Assembly: GCA_029941465.1 (NCBI GenBank)
Contig: JAPYQN010000004.1
Coordinates: 13,111-77,110 of the forward strand
Direction of reading: 5' to 3'
Origin: Gammaproteobacteria bacterium
GTDB taxonomy: Bacteria; Pseudomonadota; Gammaproteobacteria; Steroidobacterales; UBA11654
DNA: 64,000 nt
The notes beneath the pieces were generated by a model, which did no database searches, had not been told where the DNA came from, and worked only from the letters and a program-made list of their open reading frames with translations. The position numbers and the translations under genes are program-made. This document shows, in pieces, positions 1-8,787 of the stretch (positions are counted from its first letter, which is position 1; each line of letters starts with the position of its first letter).

Positions 1-168
1 GATGATAATAAATTAATTGCAGATCAATTAGAGGCTTTGTGTCTACACAGCAGGATTGATGGCTGGTTTGCAGAAGTTGGTTACAAGAATGGCAAGCCCA
101 TAAGAAAAGATGTAGAAAAAACAGCAGGAAAGATGACGCTTATTCAGCTAAGAATTGATAAACCTTAA
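1..168 (+). CDS. 3' end of an unidentified CDS (55 codons, runs off the left edge)
   Basis: Frame 1 is open from base 1 to TAA at 166-168 (...GWFAEVGYKNGKPIRKDVEKTAGKMTLIQLRIDKP*). No recognisable motif. Overlaps the convergent 148..897 gene by 21 nt. Confidence 0.3.
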   Translation, partial: DDNKLIADQLEALCLHSRIDGWFAEVGYKNGKPIRKDVEKTAGKMTLIQLRIDKP

Positions 169-897
169 ACTTACTGCTTCCTTTCTTGGGACATTCAATT
201 GATCCAAAGGATGAGGCAAGACAGATCTTTCGCTTAACTTCTCTGGGTCTCTAGCAAATGACATCTCTATTGCCCTCGGATTACCCTGATTATCAACCCT
301 GTTATTGTTTGGGTGTACATGAACTAATTTAAGCTCAAAATTATTTATGAAATTCCTTATTTCACCTATGTGATCAGAAATGTTGTGCAACTCTATAACC
401 ATTCCAGATAAAAGATCTGAATTTAATTTTATTTCATCGAGGATTCGATACTCATAGCCTTCTATATCAATTTTTAAAAAAATAGGTTTTTTATTAATCC
501 GTTCTAATGTTTTTTTTAAATTGGTATGGCCCTCTTCTTCAGTCCCAATTTTTTCATAAAATAGCACTGCTTTATCTCTAAAAAAACGCATAAATTTTTT
601 GTATATTTTAACTGCGTTACATGGGGCCTTCAATCGACCAATTAAAACACTTAAAAACCTTTTAATAAAAAACTTAGGCCAGAAAAATCCTCTCACTGAG
701 TGATCATAAGCATTTATCACTATGTCTTTATGGGTAATAAAATCTTCTTCAAATCTCCAATTTTTTCCAATACCCATGGAAATAAGAGCTTCGGTTTGTT
801 CTATGGATTTTGATTCTACAAGATAACCGCCGTCATTATGACCTCCGATTCTCAGGAGATTGTATTCACCTTGAGGTTTAAAATTTGATGGCAACAT
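148..897 (-). CDS. FkbM-family methyltransferase (family-level call)
   Basis: 249 aa. The block PIFLKIDIEGYEYRILDEI and the overall size resemble FkbM-type SAM methyltransferases. Abuts the upstream gene (stop/start adjacent at 897/898). Confidence 0.55.
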   Translation of the reverse strand: MLPSNFKPQGEYNLLRIGGHNDGGYLVESKSIEQTEALISMGIGKNWRFEEDFITHKDIVINAYDHSVRGFFWPKFFIKRFLSVLIGRLKAPCNAVKIYKKFMRFFRDKAVLFYEKIGTEEEGHTNLKKTLERINKKPIFLKIDIEGYEYRILDEIKLNSDLLSGMVIELHNISDHIGEIRNFINNFELKLVHVHPNNNRVDNQGNPRAIEMSFARDPEKLSERSVLPHPLDQLNVPRKEAVSLRFINS

Positions 898-1962
898 CTA
901 TTTTTTGGATTTTGCTGTGAAGGTTCCTTTAGCCATCAATTTTTTAATTGTTTTTTTAAATACTTCCCCTGCATCTGCATGATTCATAGGAGGAAGGTTT
1001 TTTGGCCAAATCTCTTCTTCGTACATTTTTTTAAATATCTCTGTTTTTAAGTATGGTATCCAATTTTGGAAACGTGCATTTTCTCTATAATGGCGAAGTG
1101 CATCTATATTTATTTCTGAGGCAACATAGCTGTCGCCCACTATTTGATTATGGGCTAGCACTGTCCCTTTATAATCAATGATAGAAGAACGCCCCCCTAG
1201 TGCACCATCAATTACTGTTGGATCCTCTCCTTCACTTCCAGGCATAATTAGCGACCCAGAATTAGGTGCAACCATATAACAGGTATTGTCAATTGCTCTG
1301 GAACGATTTTGAACCTCAAAGATTTCTCTTGAAACCCAAGGCTCAGGAAGAGAAGCTCTATAGAGAATTTCAGCACCATTTAGGGCAAAGGCTCTAAAAG
1401 ATTCTGGGAATGATCCTTCAACACCTACTGTTCCTGCAATGTTACCAATCTTGGTCTTAGCAACAGGAAAAAATGCCTCTAAACTATCTCCGTGTTGCTC
1501 TATCCATTGATCATAAACATCATGTGGTGTTGTGGAGTGCTCAACAAAGACAACAATGTTTTTATGATGTTTATAGATAACATCTCCATTGTCATCAATA
1601 ATAAAAACTGTATTAAAGAAACGGTCTGGATAATCAGGTAACTTTTCCTTTAGTTGGCCAATAATAAAAGTGTTTTTACTCTTTGCGTATTTACCTAAAA
1701 AATCCGTTTCGAACCCTGGAATTTCAGCTGCCATATTCTTAGCATAATCAGCTTGATCCAAATCCATTATTTCATCGACGAAACCTTGGATTGCACCCTC
1801 CCCTAGAGCAATGAGCCTAACAGGCAACTCTAATGAACACATGTGAGTTGCCATATCTATCATGTTGCCAATATGATTTAAATTCCTACTCACTTCTTGG
1901 CGAGATGTAACATGTTTGATCTTAGTTTGGAGTCCTACAGCTAAATATGGATCCATTATCAA
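898..1962 (-). CDS. Carbon-nitrogen hydrolase (nitrilase superfamily, amidase-like) homologue lacking the nucleophile Cys
   Basis: 354 aa. Has the Glu motif LGEGAIQG, the Lys motif YKHHKNI, an FPE block and DNTCYMVAPN, as in aliphatic amidases. The expected C-x-x-x-[FY]-P-E reads GVEGSFPE. Confidence 0.65.
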   Translation of the reverse strand: MIMDPYLAVGLQTKIKHVTSRQEVSRNLNHIGNMIDMATHMCSLELPVRLIALGEGAIQGFVDEIMDLDQADYAKNMAAEIPGFETDFLGKYAKSKNTFIIGQLKEKLPDYPDRFFNTVFIIDDNGDVIYKHHKNIVVFVEHSTTPHDVYDQWIEQHGDSLEAFFPVAKTKIGNIAGTVGVEGSFPESFRAFALNGAEILYRASLPEPWVSREIFEVQNRSRAIDNTCYMVAPNSGSLIMPGSEGEDPTVIDGALGGRSSIIDYKGTVLAHNQIVGDSYVASEINIDALRHYRENARFQNWIPYLKTEIFKKMYEEEIWPKNLPPMNHADAGEVFKKTIKKLMAKGTFTAKSKK

Positions 1963-1977
1963 TACCCTCTTCTATAA

Positions 1978-3372
1978 TTAATCAATGTAATCATCTAAAT
2001 TTATATTATCAATCCCTGGAACAACAGGCCTAACTAAATCATCAACCTGTTCCATGTCTTTTGTTGCATCTATTCCAACTCTTAATGAAGTTTTATCTGA
2101 TAATGCTGCTCTATCAACTTCCCAAGTAATAAAATCTGAGAATAAATAAACTTTTTCTGCTCGACCCATTCTTGTCCATGTTGCCCATTCAACATCATCC
2201 ATATTAGATGGATCCACATCGTCATCAACAATAATTACCCTTTTAGCCATCCAGGATAAATTGAAAAATCCCATATTAATATTAAACGTTTCTTTAATAA
2301 CTTCTTCAGGTTGTAGATCTGATGATTTCTTAATGGCAATAACTAGATGCATTAGTGGGCCTATTTTAGTATCAAAATGAACCACTACATCGGTAACAAA
2401 TGAAAAAACCTCTTTAATTTTCTCTTTAAGCATTTCCGACATTCCATAAACAGTTAGATAACCCAAATTATTATGTTCCTTGGCTCTTCCTGCCATTAAT
2501 GTATAAAACATTGCATCATTCCTTTTAAGGATTGATGTGACCTCGCACATAGGTGCAGTTTCAGTTCCATACTGTGCGCCAAACTCACCCAATGTATTTT
2601 CCACCATATTATCGAGATCAACGACGGTTTCTATGACCATCTCTGCATCTACGGGTATTGGCAATCCAGTTTTAGGGCCTAGGACAACTTTCACCCCATC
2701 TCCTATCATTCCACCGGCTACATCTAATTCAGAGATATGCTCTGGTGATTTTGAAGCAGCTGCCATTAATAAAGCTGGGGGCGCACCCAAAACCATAGCA
2801 ACTTTCATTTCTTTATTATTTTCACGATGCCAATTATAGCTTTTACGCAAGTCGCTCAAACCACTAGCGTTAATTAAGATGTGTTTTTTATCAACAATTA
2901 GGCATCTATAAAAACCAACATTAATTTCTCCTCCGGGTTTTTTGAAAATACCTACTGCTGCTGTAATAAACGGCCCTGTATCTAGCTCGAAAAAAGTAGG
3001 TACAGGTAAATCTAATAAATTAATATCATCATTTATTAAAATATTTTCTGTTATAGGGCCTGTGTCAATTTGAATATAAGGAATAGGATTAGATATTCCT
3101 TGTTGAACTTTTTGACCAGCTTGATCATATGTAAAGTTTTCACTGGCGTCTTCATTAAAAATTAAGCCATAACGATCCATGGAAGTAAATATTCCGCCAA
3201 CTGCTTTATAGTGTGAACCATTAATGTTTTCAAACATGAAGGCCTTACCTTCCTGCTCTAATTTCTTCATTATTGCTGACATTTCAAATTTAGAATTAAC
3301 CTCTTTTTTAATATGTATGAGGCTCCCTTTTTTATCGAGGATTTTAACAATTTCTCTGAACGATCTGTGCAT
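1978..3372 (-). CDS. UbiD-family (prenyl-FMN type) decarboxylase homologue
   Basis: 464 aa. Has FMFENINGS, NVGFYR, SELDVAGG and VIIVDDDVDPSNMDDVEWA blocks collinear with UbiD/Fdc-type decarboxylases. Confidence 0.75.
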   Translation of the reverse strand: MHRSFREIVKILDKKGSLIHIKKEVNSKFEMSAIMKKLEQEGKAFMFENINGSHYKAVGGIFTSMDRYGLIFNEDASENFTYDQAGQKVQQGISNPIPYIQIDTGPITENILINDDINLLDLPVPTFFELDTGPFITAAVGIFKKPGGEINVGFYRCLIVDKKHILINASGLSDLRKSYNWHRENNKEMKVAMVLGAPPALLMAAASKSPEHISELDVAGGMIGDGVKVVLGPKTGLPIPVDAEMVIETVVDLDNMVENTLGEFGAQYGTETAPMCEVTSILKRNDAMFYTLMAGRAKEHNNLGYLTVYGMSEMLKEKIKEVFSFVTDVVVHFDTKIGPLMHLVIAIKKSSDLQPEEVIKETFNINMGFFNLSWMAKRVIIVDDDVDPSNMDDVEWATWTRMGRAEKVYLFSDFITWEVDRAALSDKTSLRVGIDATKDMEQVDDLVRPVVPGIDNINLDDYID

Positions 3373-3496
3373 GCTTAATTTAATTTGATTTGAGGTGATA
3401 GCTTACAATAGGCATCAATAATAATCTAATACGTAGAATATTGATTATCATTATCATACTGATATGCTTAATGTATTAAGTTCATTAGGAGAAGAC

Positions 3497-4603
3497 ATGA
3501 AAACAAAAGCTGCCTTAGCACTTAAAGCTGCAGAAGATTTAGTTATTGAAGAGATAGATTTGGACGGCCCGAAAGAAAACGAAGTTTTAATTGAAGTTAA
3601 AGCAACTGGCGTTTGTCATACCGATGCATTCACGCTCTCAGGAGATGATCCGGAAGGCATATTCCCTGCGGTTCTTGGACATGAAGGAGCTGGTATAGTT
3701 GTAGAGGTAGGTTTAAACGTAACAAGTGTAAAACCAGGTGACCATGTAATTCCTTTGTATACACCAGAATGTCGTGAATGTAATTTTTGTCTAAATCCTA
3801 AAACTAATTTATGTCAGTCAATAAGGGAGACTCAAGGACAAGGCCTCATGCCTGATGGAAGTTCTAGATTTTCTTTTAACGGTGAAAAAATATTTCATTA
3901 CATGGGCTGCTCAACATTCTCAAACTACACCGTATTGCCAGAGATTGCTGTTGCCAAAATTAGAAAAGATGCCCCATTTGATAAAGTTTGTTATATAGGC
4001 TGTGGTGTAACTACAGGTATAGGTGCTGTTGTTTTTGATGCAAAAGTTGAAGCTGGTTCAAACGTTGTCATATTTGGATTAGGTGGCATAGGCCTGAATG
4101 TAATACAAGGAGCAAGTATGGTTGGTGCTAATAAAATAATTGGCGTTGATATCAATGAAAATAAAATTGAATTAGCTAAACAATTTGGGATGACTGATTT
4201 TATAAATCCTAAAACTACAAACAATATAGTAGAAAATATATTAGACCTCACCAATGGTGGGGCAGATTATTCTTTCGAGTGCATAGGGAATGTAGAAACC
4301 ATGAGACAGGCCCTAGAATGCTGTCATAAAGGATGGGGGGAATCAGTGATTATAGGTGTTGCAGGAGCTGGTCAAGAAATCTCAACAAGACCGTTCCAGT
4401 TGGTTACAGGCCGAGTGTGGAGAGGTTCGGCTTTCGGTGGGGCCAGAGGAAGAACCGATGTTCCTAAAATTGTTGACTGGTATATGGAAGACAAAATTAA
4501 TATAGATGATCTGATAACTCATAAAATGCCATTAGAAAATATAAATGATGCATTTCAGTTAATGCATGATGGTAAATCCATAAGGTCAGTTGTTGAATTT
4601 TAA
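3497..4603 (+). CDS. frmA: S-(hydroxymethyl)glutathione dehydrogenase / class III alcohol dehydrogenase
   Basis: MKTKAAL...[37 protein letters not shown], 368 aa. I place the start at ATG 3497 because AGGAG lies 6-7 nt upstream. The ORF-track start at 3464 adds 11 unlikely residues. Confidence 0.9.
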   Translation: MKTKAALALKAAEDLVIEEIDLDGPKENEVLIEVKATGVCHTDAFTLSGDDPEGIFPAVLGHEGAGIVVEVGLNVTSVKPGDHVIPLYTPECRECNFCLNPKTNLCQSIRETQGQGLMPDGSSRFSFNGEKIFHYMGCSTFSNYTVLPEIAVAKIRKDAPFDKVCYIGCGVTTGIGAVVFDAKVEAGSNVVIFGLGGIGLNVIQGASMVGANKIIGVDINENKIELAKQFGMTDFINPKTTNNIVENILDLTNGGADYSFECIGNVETMRQALECCHKGWGESVIIGVAGAGQEISTRPFQLVTGRVWRGSAFGGARGRTDVPKIVDWYMEDKINIDDLITHKMPLENINDAFQLMHDGKSIRSVVEF

Positions 4604-4607
4604 TATT

Positions 4608-4622
4608 ATATTATGTTCTATA
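4608..4622. repeat. Left copy of a 15-bp direct repeat atattatgttctata (19 bp with 1 mismatch from 4604)
   Basis: Exact match to 6057-6071. Lies 5 nt after the frmA stop codon. Confidence 0.6.
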
Positions 4623-4694
4623 TTTTTTATTATATATATCAATTATTTATAAGTTATATTGTTTTATTAATATATATAGCATACATAGATTACG

Positions 4695-5963
4695 CTAGAA
4701 TATAAAATCTGTTATTTTAGTTAGCTGCCCAGGTATTAGCATAGGCGCTGCTTTATCTATATTCTCTTGTACATTAATTAATGACCTTTTAAGTTGATTA
4801 ATATCATCCCTATTATCTGGATACGATTGATAGGGGTTGTAAGCTTTTTTTATACCTAATAATTGGTAGAAATGCTCTCTTGGTATGGATGAATAATCAC
4901 AAACTTTAGCAAAAGTTTTTCTAATTGCTTCAGGATATACAATCCATTCAAGATCTTTAGAATATTTTACCAATGTCTTTCTTAAATTATTTATTGGTTT
5001 GCCAGTTTTTATATTAAAAAATAAATATTCATTACCAATAAGATGTTTATTTTTATTTTGATGATCTTTTATATCTTTGAGCAGGAGCTCAATCGAAGGG
5101 GTTATAGGTAACATTTGCTTATAATTCTTTTTCTCGATTAATATATAGCTTTTTCCTGTTATTTGATCCCATTTCATATTTAATACATCTGATTTTTTAA
5201 TGCCTGTAATTAACATTAAGTAAATTGCGTTTCTGCTTAATCTATCTACTTTATTAATATTTAACGGATCCCACATCTGATATATGAATTTTGGAAGCTC
5301 ATTATCAAGGCCTAATTGAGTATCTTTTGATTTAGGCCGATAGCTTAAACCACTATTAAATATACTACTTGTTGGATTGAATGACTTTTCAATTATATTC
5401 TTTGTTCCTGCATATGAAAAAACAGATGACATTAATCTTAAAGCATTATGTCTAGCGGCTGGTGTAGTTTTTTCTTGGTTATACCAATCTTTTATTTTTT
5501 CTTCTGAAATTTGAGAAATATTAATTTTATGAAAATACTTTAGTTTATTATTTAATAAATACTTAGAGGAATGTTTTGCAAAATCATAGGAATATTCTTT
5601 TTTTGCGATTTTGTCTTTTATAAAATATTCTGCAACATTAAAAAAGTTCATTGATGTAGTAAATTGTTTTGATTTACTCTTTTTAATTAAGTTTGGATCA
5701 AATCCCTTTTGTAGTAATTTTAAACAATGAAAATGCTTATCAAGTGCTTTGTCTATTGTTAGATTTTTAGGTGTTCCGTGTGTAATTGTCCTTGGATTAC
5801 CACCAAAATGTATTCTTCCGTATGTAATAAACGAAATTCTTCCCTTTGGATTAACTTTAACCCTAAATCCTGGGTATTGTGTAAATTTAATAAAATACGG
5901 TTGTTCCCTAAATTCTATTGCATCTATAAACTCAGGATTAATTATATTAGAAACCTCTATCAT
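4695..5963 (-). CDS. Tyrosine recombinase / phage-type (P4-like) integrase, possibly catalytically degenerate
   Basis: 422 aa. N-terminal arm-binding-like block (FRVKVNPKGRISFITYGR). C-terminal box I LITGIKKSDVLNMKWDQI and box II EAIRKTF...LLGIKKAYNPY. Very AT-rich (15 G+C in a 60-nt hand count at 5461-5520). Confidence 0.7.
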   Translation of the reverse strand: MIEVSNIINPEFIDAIEFREQPYFIKFTQYPGFRVKVNPKGRISFITYGRIHFGGNPRTITHGTPKNLTIDKALDKHFHCLKLLQKGFDPNLIKKSKSKQFTTSMNFFNVAEYFIKDKIAKKEYSYDFAKHSSKYLLNNKLKYFHKINISQISEEKIKDWYNQEKTTPAARHNALRLMSSVFSYAGTKNIIEKSFNPTSSIFNSGLSYRPKSKDTQLGLDNELPKFIYQMWDPLNINKVDRLSRNAIYLMLITGIKKSDVLNMKWDQITGKSYILIEKKNYKQMLPITPSIELLLKDIKDHQNKNKHLIGNEYLFFNIKTGKPINNLRKTLVKYSKDLEWIVYPEAIRKTFAKVCDYSSIPREHFYQLLGIKKAYNPYQSYPDNRDDINQLKRSLINVQENIDKAAPMLIPGQLTKITDFIF

Positions 5964-6012
5964 GGATATAGCATACTATAAGTTACACTATATTTATATA
6001 ATCTATATTATC

Positions 6013-6033
6013 TATCTATATATCATATAGATA
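6013..6033. repeat. Perfect 9-bp inverted repeat tatctatat-atc-atatagata upstream of the integrase
   Basis: Read directly. Arms are 6013-6021 and 6025-6033, 50-70 nt upstream of the integrase start codon. Confidence 0.5.
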
Positions 6034-6056
6034 TAATAATCATACTATTATGTATA

Positions 6057-6071
6057 ATATTATGTTCTATA
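6057..6071. repeat. Right copy of the 15-bp direct repeat atattatgttctata
   Basis: Exact match to 4608-4622. Overlaps the stop codon (6067-6069) of the SDR gene. Confidence 0.6.
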
Positions 6072-6819
6072 AAAATAGATCGCCACCATTTGGACTAATA
6101 CACTGACCTACAAAATGGTTGCCTGAAGCTGAAGCTAAAAACAAATATGCTGGCGTGACCTCATCAACACTAGCAATATTTCCTTTTGGGATGCTTTGCC
6201 TAATACTGTCTAGAATTTCTTCTGGAACATCGGCTAGCATTCTTGTCTCTGTTGCACCAGGTGCGACACAATTGGCTCTAATATTTTTATCTCCTATCTC
6301 TAACGATAATGATCTAGTAAAAGATATTATTGCTGCTTTTGCTGCTGTGTAATGTGCAAAGCCGGCACTTCCTTTATAAGCTAACTGTGATGCAGTATTA
6401 ATTATCCGTCCATAATTGTTCTTGTACATAATCTTTAAGCACTCTCTTGTGCACATAAATGTTCCATTTAAATGTATTGAGAGCAATTCGTTCCACATTT
6501 GTGATGTCATTTCATGAATAGGGGCACTCGTTGCTATTCCTGCGTTATTAACAAGGATATCAATTGTTCCAAATTCATCTTTTACGTTATTAACCATTTC
6601 AATAACTTCGTTTTCAGCAGAAACGTTAGCCATGTGGGTTATAGAACGGGGAGACACAGCTGCGATTAATCCCAACGTAGTGTTAGCATTTTCTGCCTCT
6701 TCTTGATTGGGATAATTGACCACCACTGTTGCTCCTTCTTGTGCAAAAAGTTTTGCTACACCTTGGCCTATCCCTGATGAAGACCCCGTTATAAGAGCTA
6801 TTTTGTTTTTTAATTTCAT
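6067..6819 (-). CDS. Short-chain dehydrogenase/reductase (FabG-like)
   Basis: TGSSSGIGQG cofactor motif, NNAG, and the YTAAK catalytic Y-x-x-x-K. 250 aa. Confidence 0.85.
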   Translation of the reverse strand: MKLKNKIALITGSSSGIGQGVAKLFAQEGATVVVNYPNQEEAENANTTLGLIAAVSPRSITHMANVSAENEVIEMVNNVKDEFGTIDILVNNAGIATSAPIHEMTSQMWNELLSIHLNGTFMCTRECLKIMYKNNYGRIINTASQLAYKGSAGFAHYTAAKAAIISFTRSLSLEIGDKNIRANCVAPGATETRMLADVPEEILDSIRQSIPKGNIASVDEVTPAYLFLASASGNHFVGQCISPNGGDLFL

Positions 6820-6895
6820 GGTCGACTTCTTATTTTGTAGTTAATATGAAATATTATAATTCATCATCAATTTTAATATGCTTTAAATTAGAAAC

Positions 6896-7912
6896 ATGTT
6901 TAGAAAGAAAAGTCTTGAATCACATCACTATTATGATGAGAAAATTTTTACTCAAGAGATAGAACATATCTTTAAAAAAGAATGGTTGTGGATAGGTAGA
7001 TCAGATCAGCTTAAAAATAGAGGTGACTTCATTACTGCAGATGTGATTCATTTTCCAATAATTGCTCTCAGAGATAATAACGATCAATTAAGAGGCTTTC
7101 ATAATGTTTGCCGACACAGAGCTTCTAAGGTCTTGCTTAGATCATCAGGTAATTGTAAGCATATTGTGTGCCCTTATCATGGATGGAGATATAACCTTAA
7201 AGGTGAACTATCAAACCCCTCTAAATTTTTTGGCTCAGATGACTTTGATCATAAAATTCATTCGCTCTTTCCAATTCATGTTCAGGAAAAATTTGGGCTT
7301 ATTTTTATTAGTCTAAACAAACAGCCAAAGTTCTTAGATGAATGGTTAGGGCCATTTGAGCAAGTAATTAATAATCATTATGAAAGTGAGTTTATTTTCC
7401 ATAATGAACTCAAATTTGATGTTCACGCCAACTGGAAAACCTATGTTGATAACTATCAGGAAGGCTACCATATCCCCATAGTCCACCCCCAGTTAAATAA
7501 AGATGTTATCTGGGAAGAATATGAACTGAATAATACAAATGAGTGCAGTATTCATAAGGTCCCTGAAAAGGCTAGCAGCAGTCAACCAGGGAGTTTTGGT
7601 TGGCACTTCCCTAACTTTATCTTTAATACTTATGGTAGAGGCATAGTCTTCCAGAGGATTGAACCAGTTAAACCTAAGTGGTGCAGAGTTATTTATAATC
7701 TTTTCAGATCGCCTGATATTGCGTATGATGATTTTGAAAATAAAGAAGGAAAGTATCAACTGGAAGTGAGTATAGAAGATCAAAAGCTGATTCCAGATAT
7801 ACAACAAAACCTCCAAGCAGGCATTTATACTTCTGGGCCTCTAAGCACAAAGTATGAAACTGGGGTTGCTTATTTTCACGATTTGATAATTCACAAGTTA
7901 AATATGGAGTAA
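6896..7912 (+). CDS. Rieske [2Fe-2S] non-haem iron oxygenase, alpha subunit (choline-monooxygenase/GbcA-like group)
   Basis: Rieske motif CRHRASKV...CPYHGWRY. Mononuclear iron motif DNYQEGYHIPIVHP. 338 aa. Confidence 0.8.
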   Translation: MFRKKSLESHHYYDEKIFTQEIEHIFKKEWLWIGRSDQLKNRGDFITADVIHFPIIALRDNNDQLRGFHNVCRHRASKVLLRSSGNCKHIVCPYHGWRYNLKGELSNPSKFFGSDDFDHKIHSLFPIHVQEKFGLIFISLNKQPKFLDEWLGPFEQVINNHYESEFIFHNELKFDVHANWKTYVDNYQEGYHIPIVHPQLNKDVIWEEYELNNTNECSIHKVPEKASSSQPGSFGWHFPNFIFNTYGRGIVFQRIEPVKPKWCRVIYNLFRSPDIAYDDFENKEGKYQLEVSIEDQKLIPDIQQNLQAGIYTSGPLSTKYETGVAYFHDLIIHKLNME

Positions 7913-7917
7913 CCAAA

Positions 7918-8775
7918 ATGATTTTACTAACAGGCGCAACTGGTAAAACAGGGTCAGCAACAGCAATAGAATTATCCAATCTAAGTGTTCCCTTTAGGGC
8001 ACTTATAAGGAGCGAAGACAAACGGGGTGAAATAGAAGCATTGGGTGGAGAAGTGATTATTGGATCAGCAGAAGATAGAGAGGCCATTGATCAGGCAATG
8101 ACTGGCATCAATAAATTACTTATTATTTTGCCAAATTGTGAAAATCAATTGGAAATGGAAATGCAATTAGTAGACTCTGCAAAAGATGCAGACGTTGAGC
8201 AAATTGTATACATGTCTTCAGTTGAAGCTGATGAAGAATGCACTAGCCCAATACCTAAGCTTCATTGGGATACAGAGGTTTATATAAAAAATTCTGGCAT
8301 GCAGTGGACTATGATTAAACCTAATTTTTATATGCAAAACTTTATTGGTTCAGCTAAAACAATTGTTGAGCAAAACAAGTTCTTTCTACCTATGAGTGAT
8401 GGGAGAACAGGAATGATTGATACACGTGATGTAGGTAAGGTTATTGCGAAAGTTCTTTCAGAAAAAGGTCATGAAGGTCAAAGTTATCAAATAACCGGTC
8501 CGGAGACTTTATCTTTTTATGATGTTGCTGCTAGATTCAGCTCTGTTTTAGCTAGAGAAATTTTATATGTTGATATGCCTATGGATGCTTATAAAAATAT
8601 CTTATCTCAATTTCTAACTAACCAATGGCACTTGGATTCAGTTATTGATCTTTTTGGTGGAATTGCAGAAGGGGGGATTGAATACAAAACAAATACGTTT
8701 GAAGAACTTATTGGAACCCCTCCTAGATCTTTAGAGGACTTTATTGAAGAGCACAGAAATCTCTATACTTCATAA
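7918..8775 (+). CDS. NmrA-family NAD(P)-binding protein (atypical SDR)
   Basis: MILLTGATGKTGS Rossmann start. 285 aa. Starts 5 nt after the Rieske gene. Confidence 0.7.
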   Translation: MILLTGATGKTGSATAIELSNLSVPFRALIRSEDKRGEIEALGGEVIIGSAEDREAIDQAMTGINKLLIILPNCENQLEMEMQLVDSAKDADVEQIVYMSSVEADEECTSPIPKLHWDTEVYIKNSGMQWTMIKPNFYMQNFIGSAKTIVEQNKFFLPMSDGRTGMIDTRDVGKVIAKVLSEKGHEGQSYQITGPETLSFYDVAARFSSVLAREILYVDMPMDAYKNILSQFLTNQWHLDSVIDLFGGIAEGGIEYKTNTFEELIGTPPRSLEDFIEEHRNLYTS

Positions 8776-8787
8776 ATTAATTGGGTT

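Larger units (their letters stand above)
4608..6071. mobile_element. Integrase-only mini-island (putative remnant of an integrative element) bounded by direct repeats
   Basis: 15-bp direct repeats flank a single tyrosine-recombinase gene plus very AT-rich, palindrome-containing non-coding DNA. No cargo genes and no tRNA target. Confidence 0.4.

Noticed and set aside
2537-2839. ORF-track entries antisense to long, well-supported genes. Examples: 2537-2839, 3991-4254, 7704-8087, 25010-25345, 38278-38787 (169 aa) and 48422-49039 (205 aa).
   Set aside because: Each lies entirely inside, or opposite, a gene with clear family motifs. Their translations are low-complexity (Ser/Pro/Ile-rich) and they lack ribosome-binding sites. 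These are shadow ORFs.
4623-4694. TA-rich low-complexity tracts flanking the integrase (4623-4694 and 5964-6056), considered as a CRISPR array or microsatellite.
   Set aside because: There is no regular repeat-spacer periodicity. Apart from the 15-bp direct repeat and one palindrome, these are irregular TATA-like runs typical of AT-rich intergenic or promoter DNA.
5749-6030. ORFs 5749-6030 and 5778-5981 on the plus strand at the integrase 5' end.
   Set aside because: They are antisense to the integrase N-terminus and run into TA-rich non-coding DNA. Their translations are Ile/Tyr/Leu low-complexity sequence.
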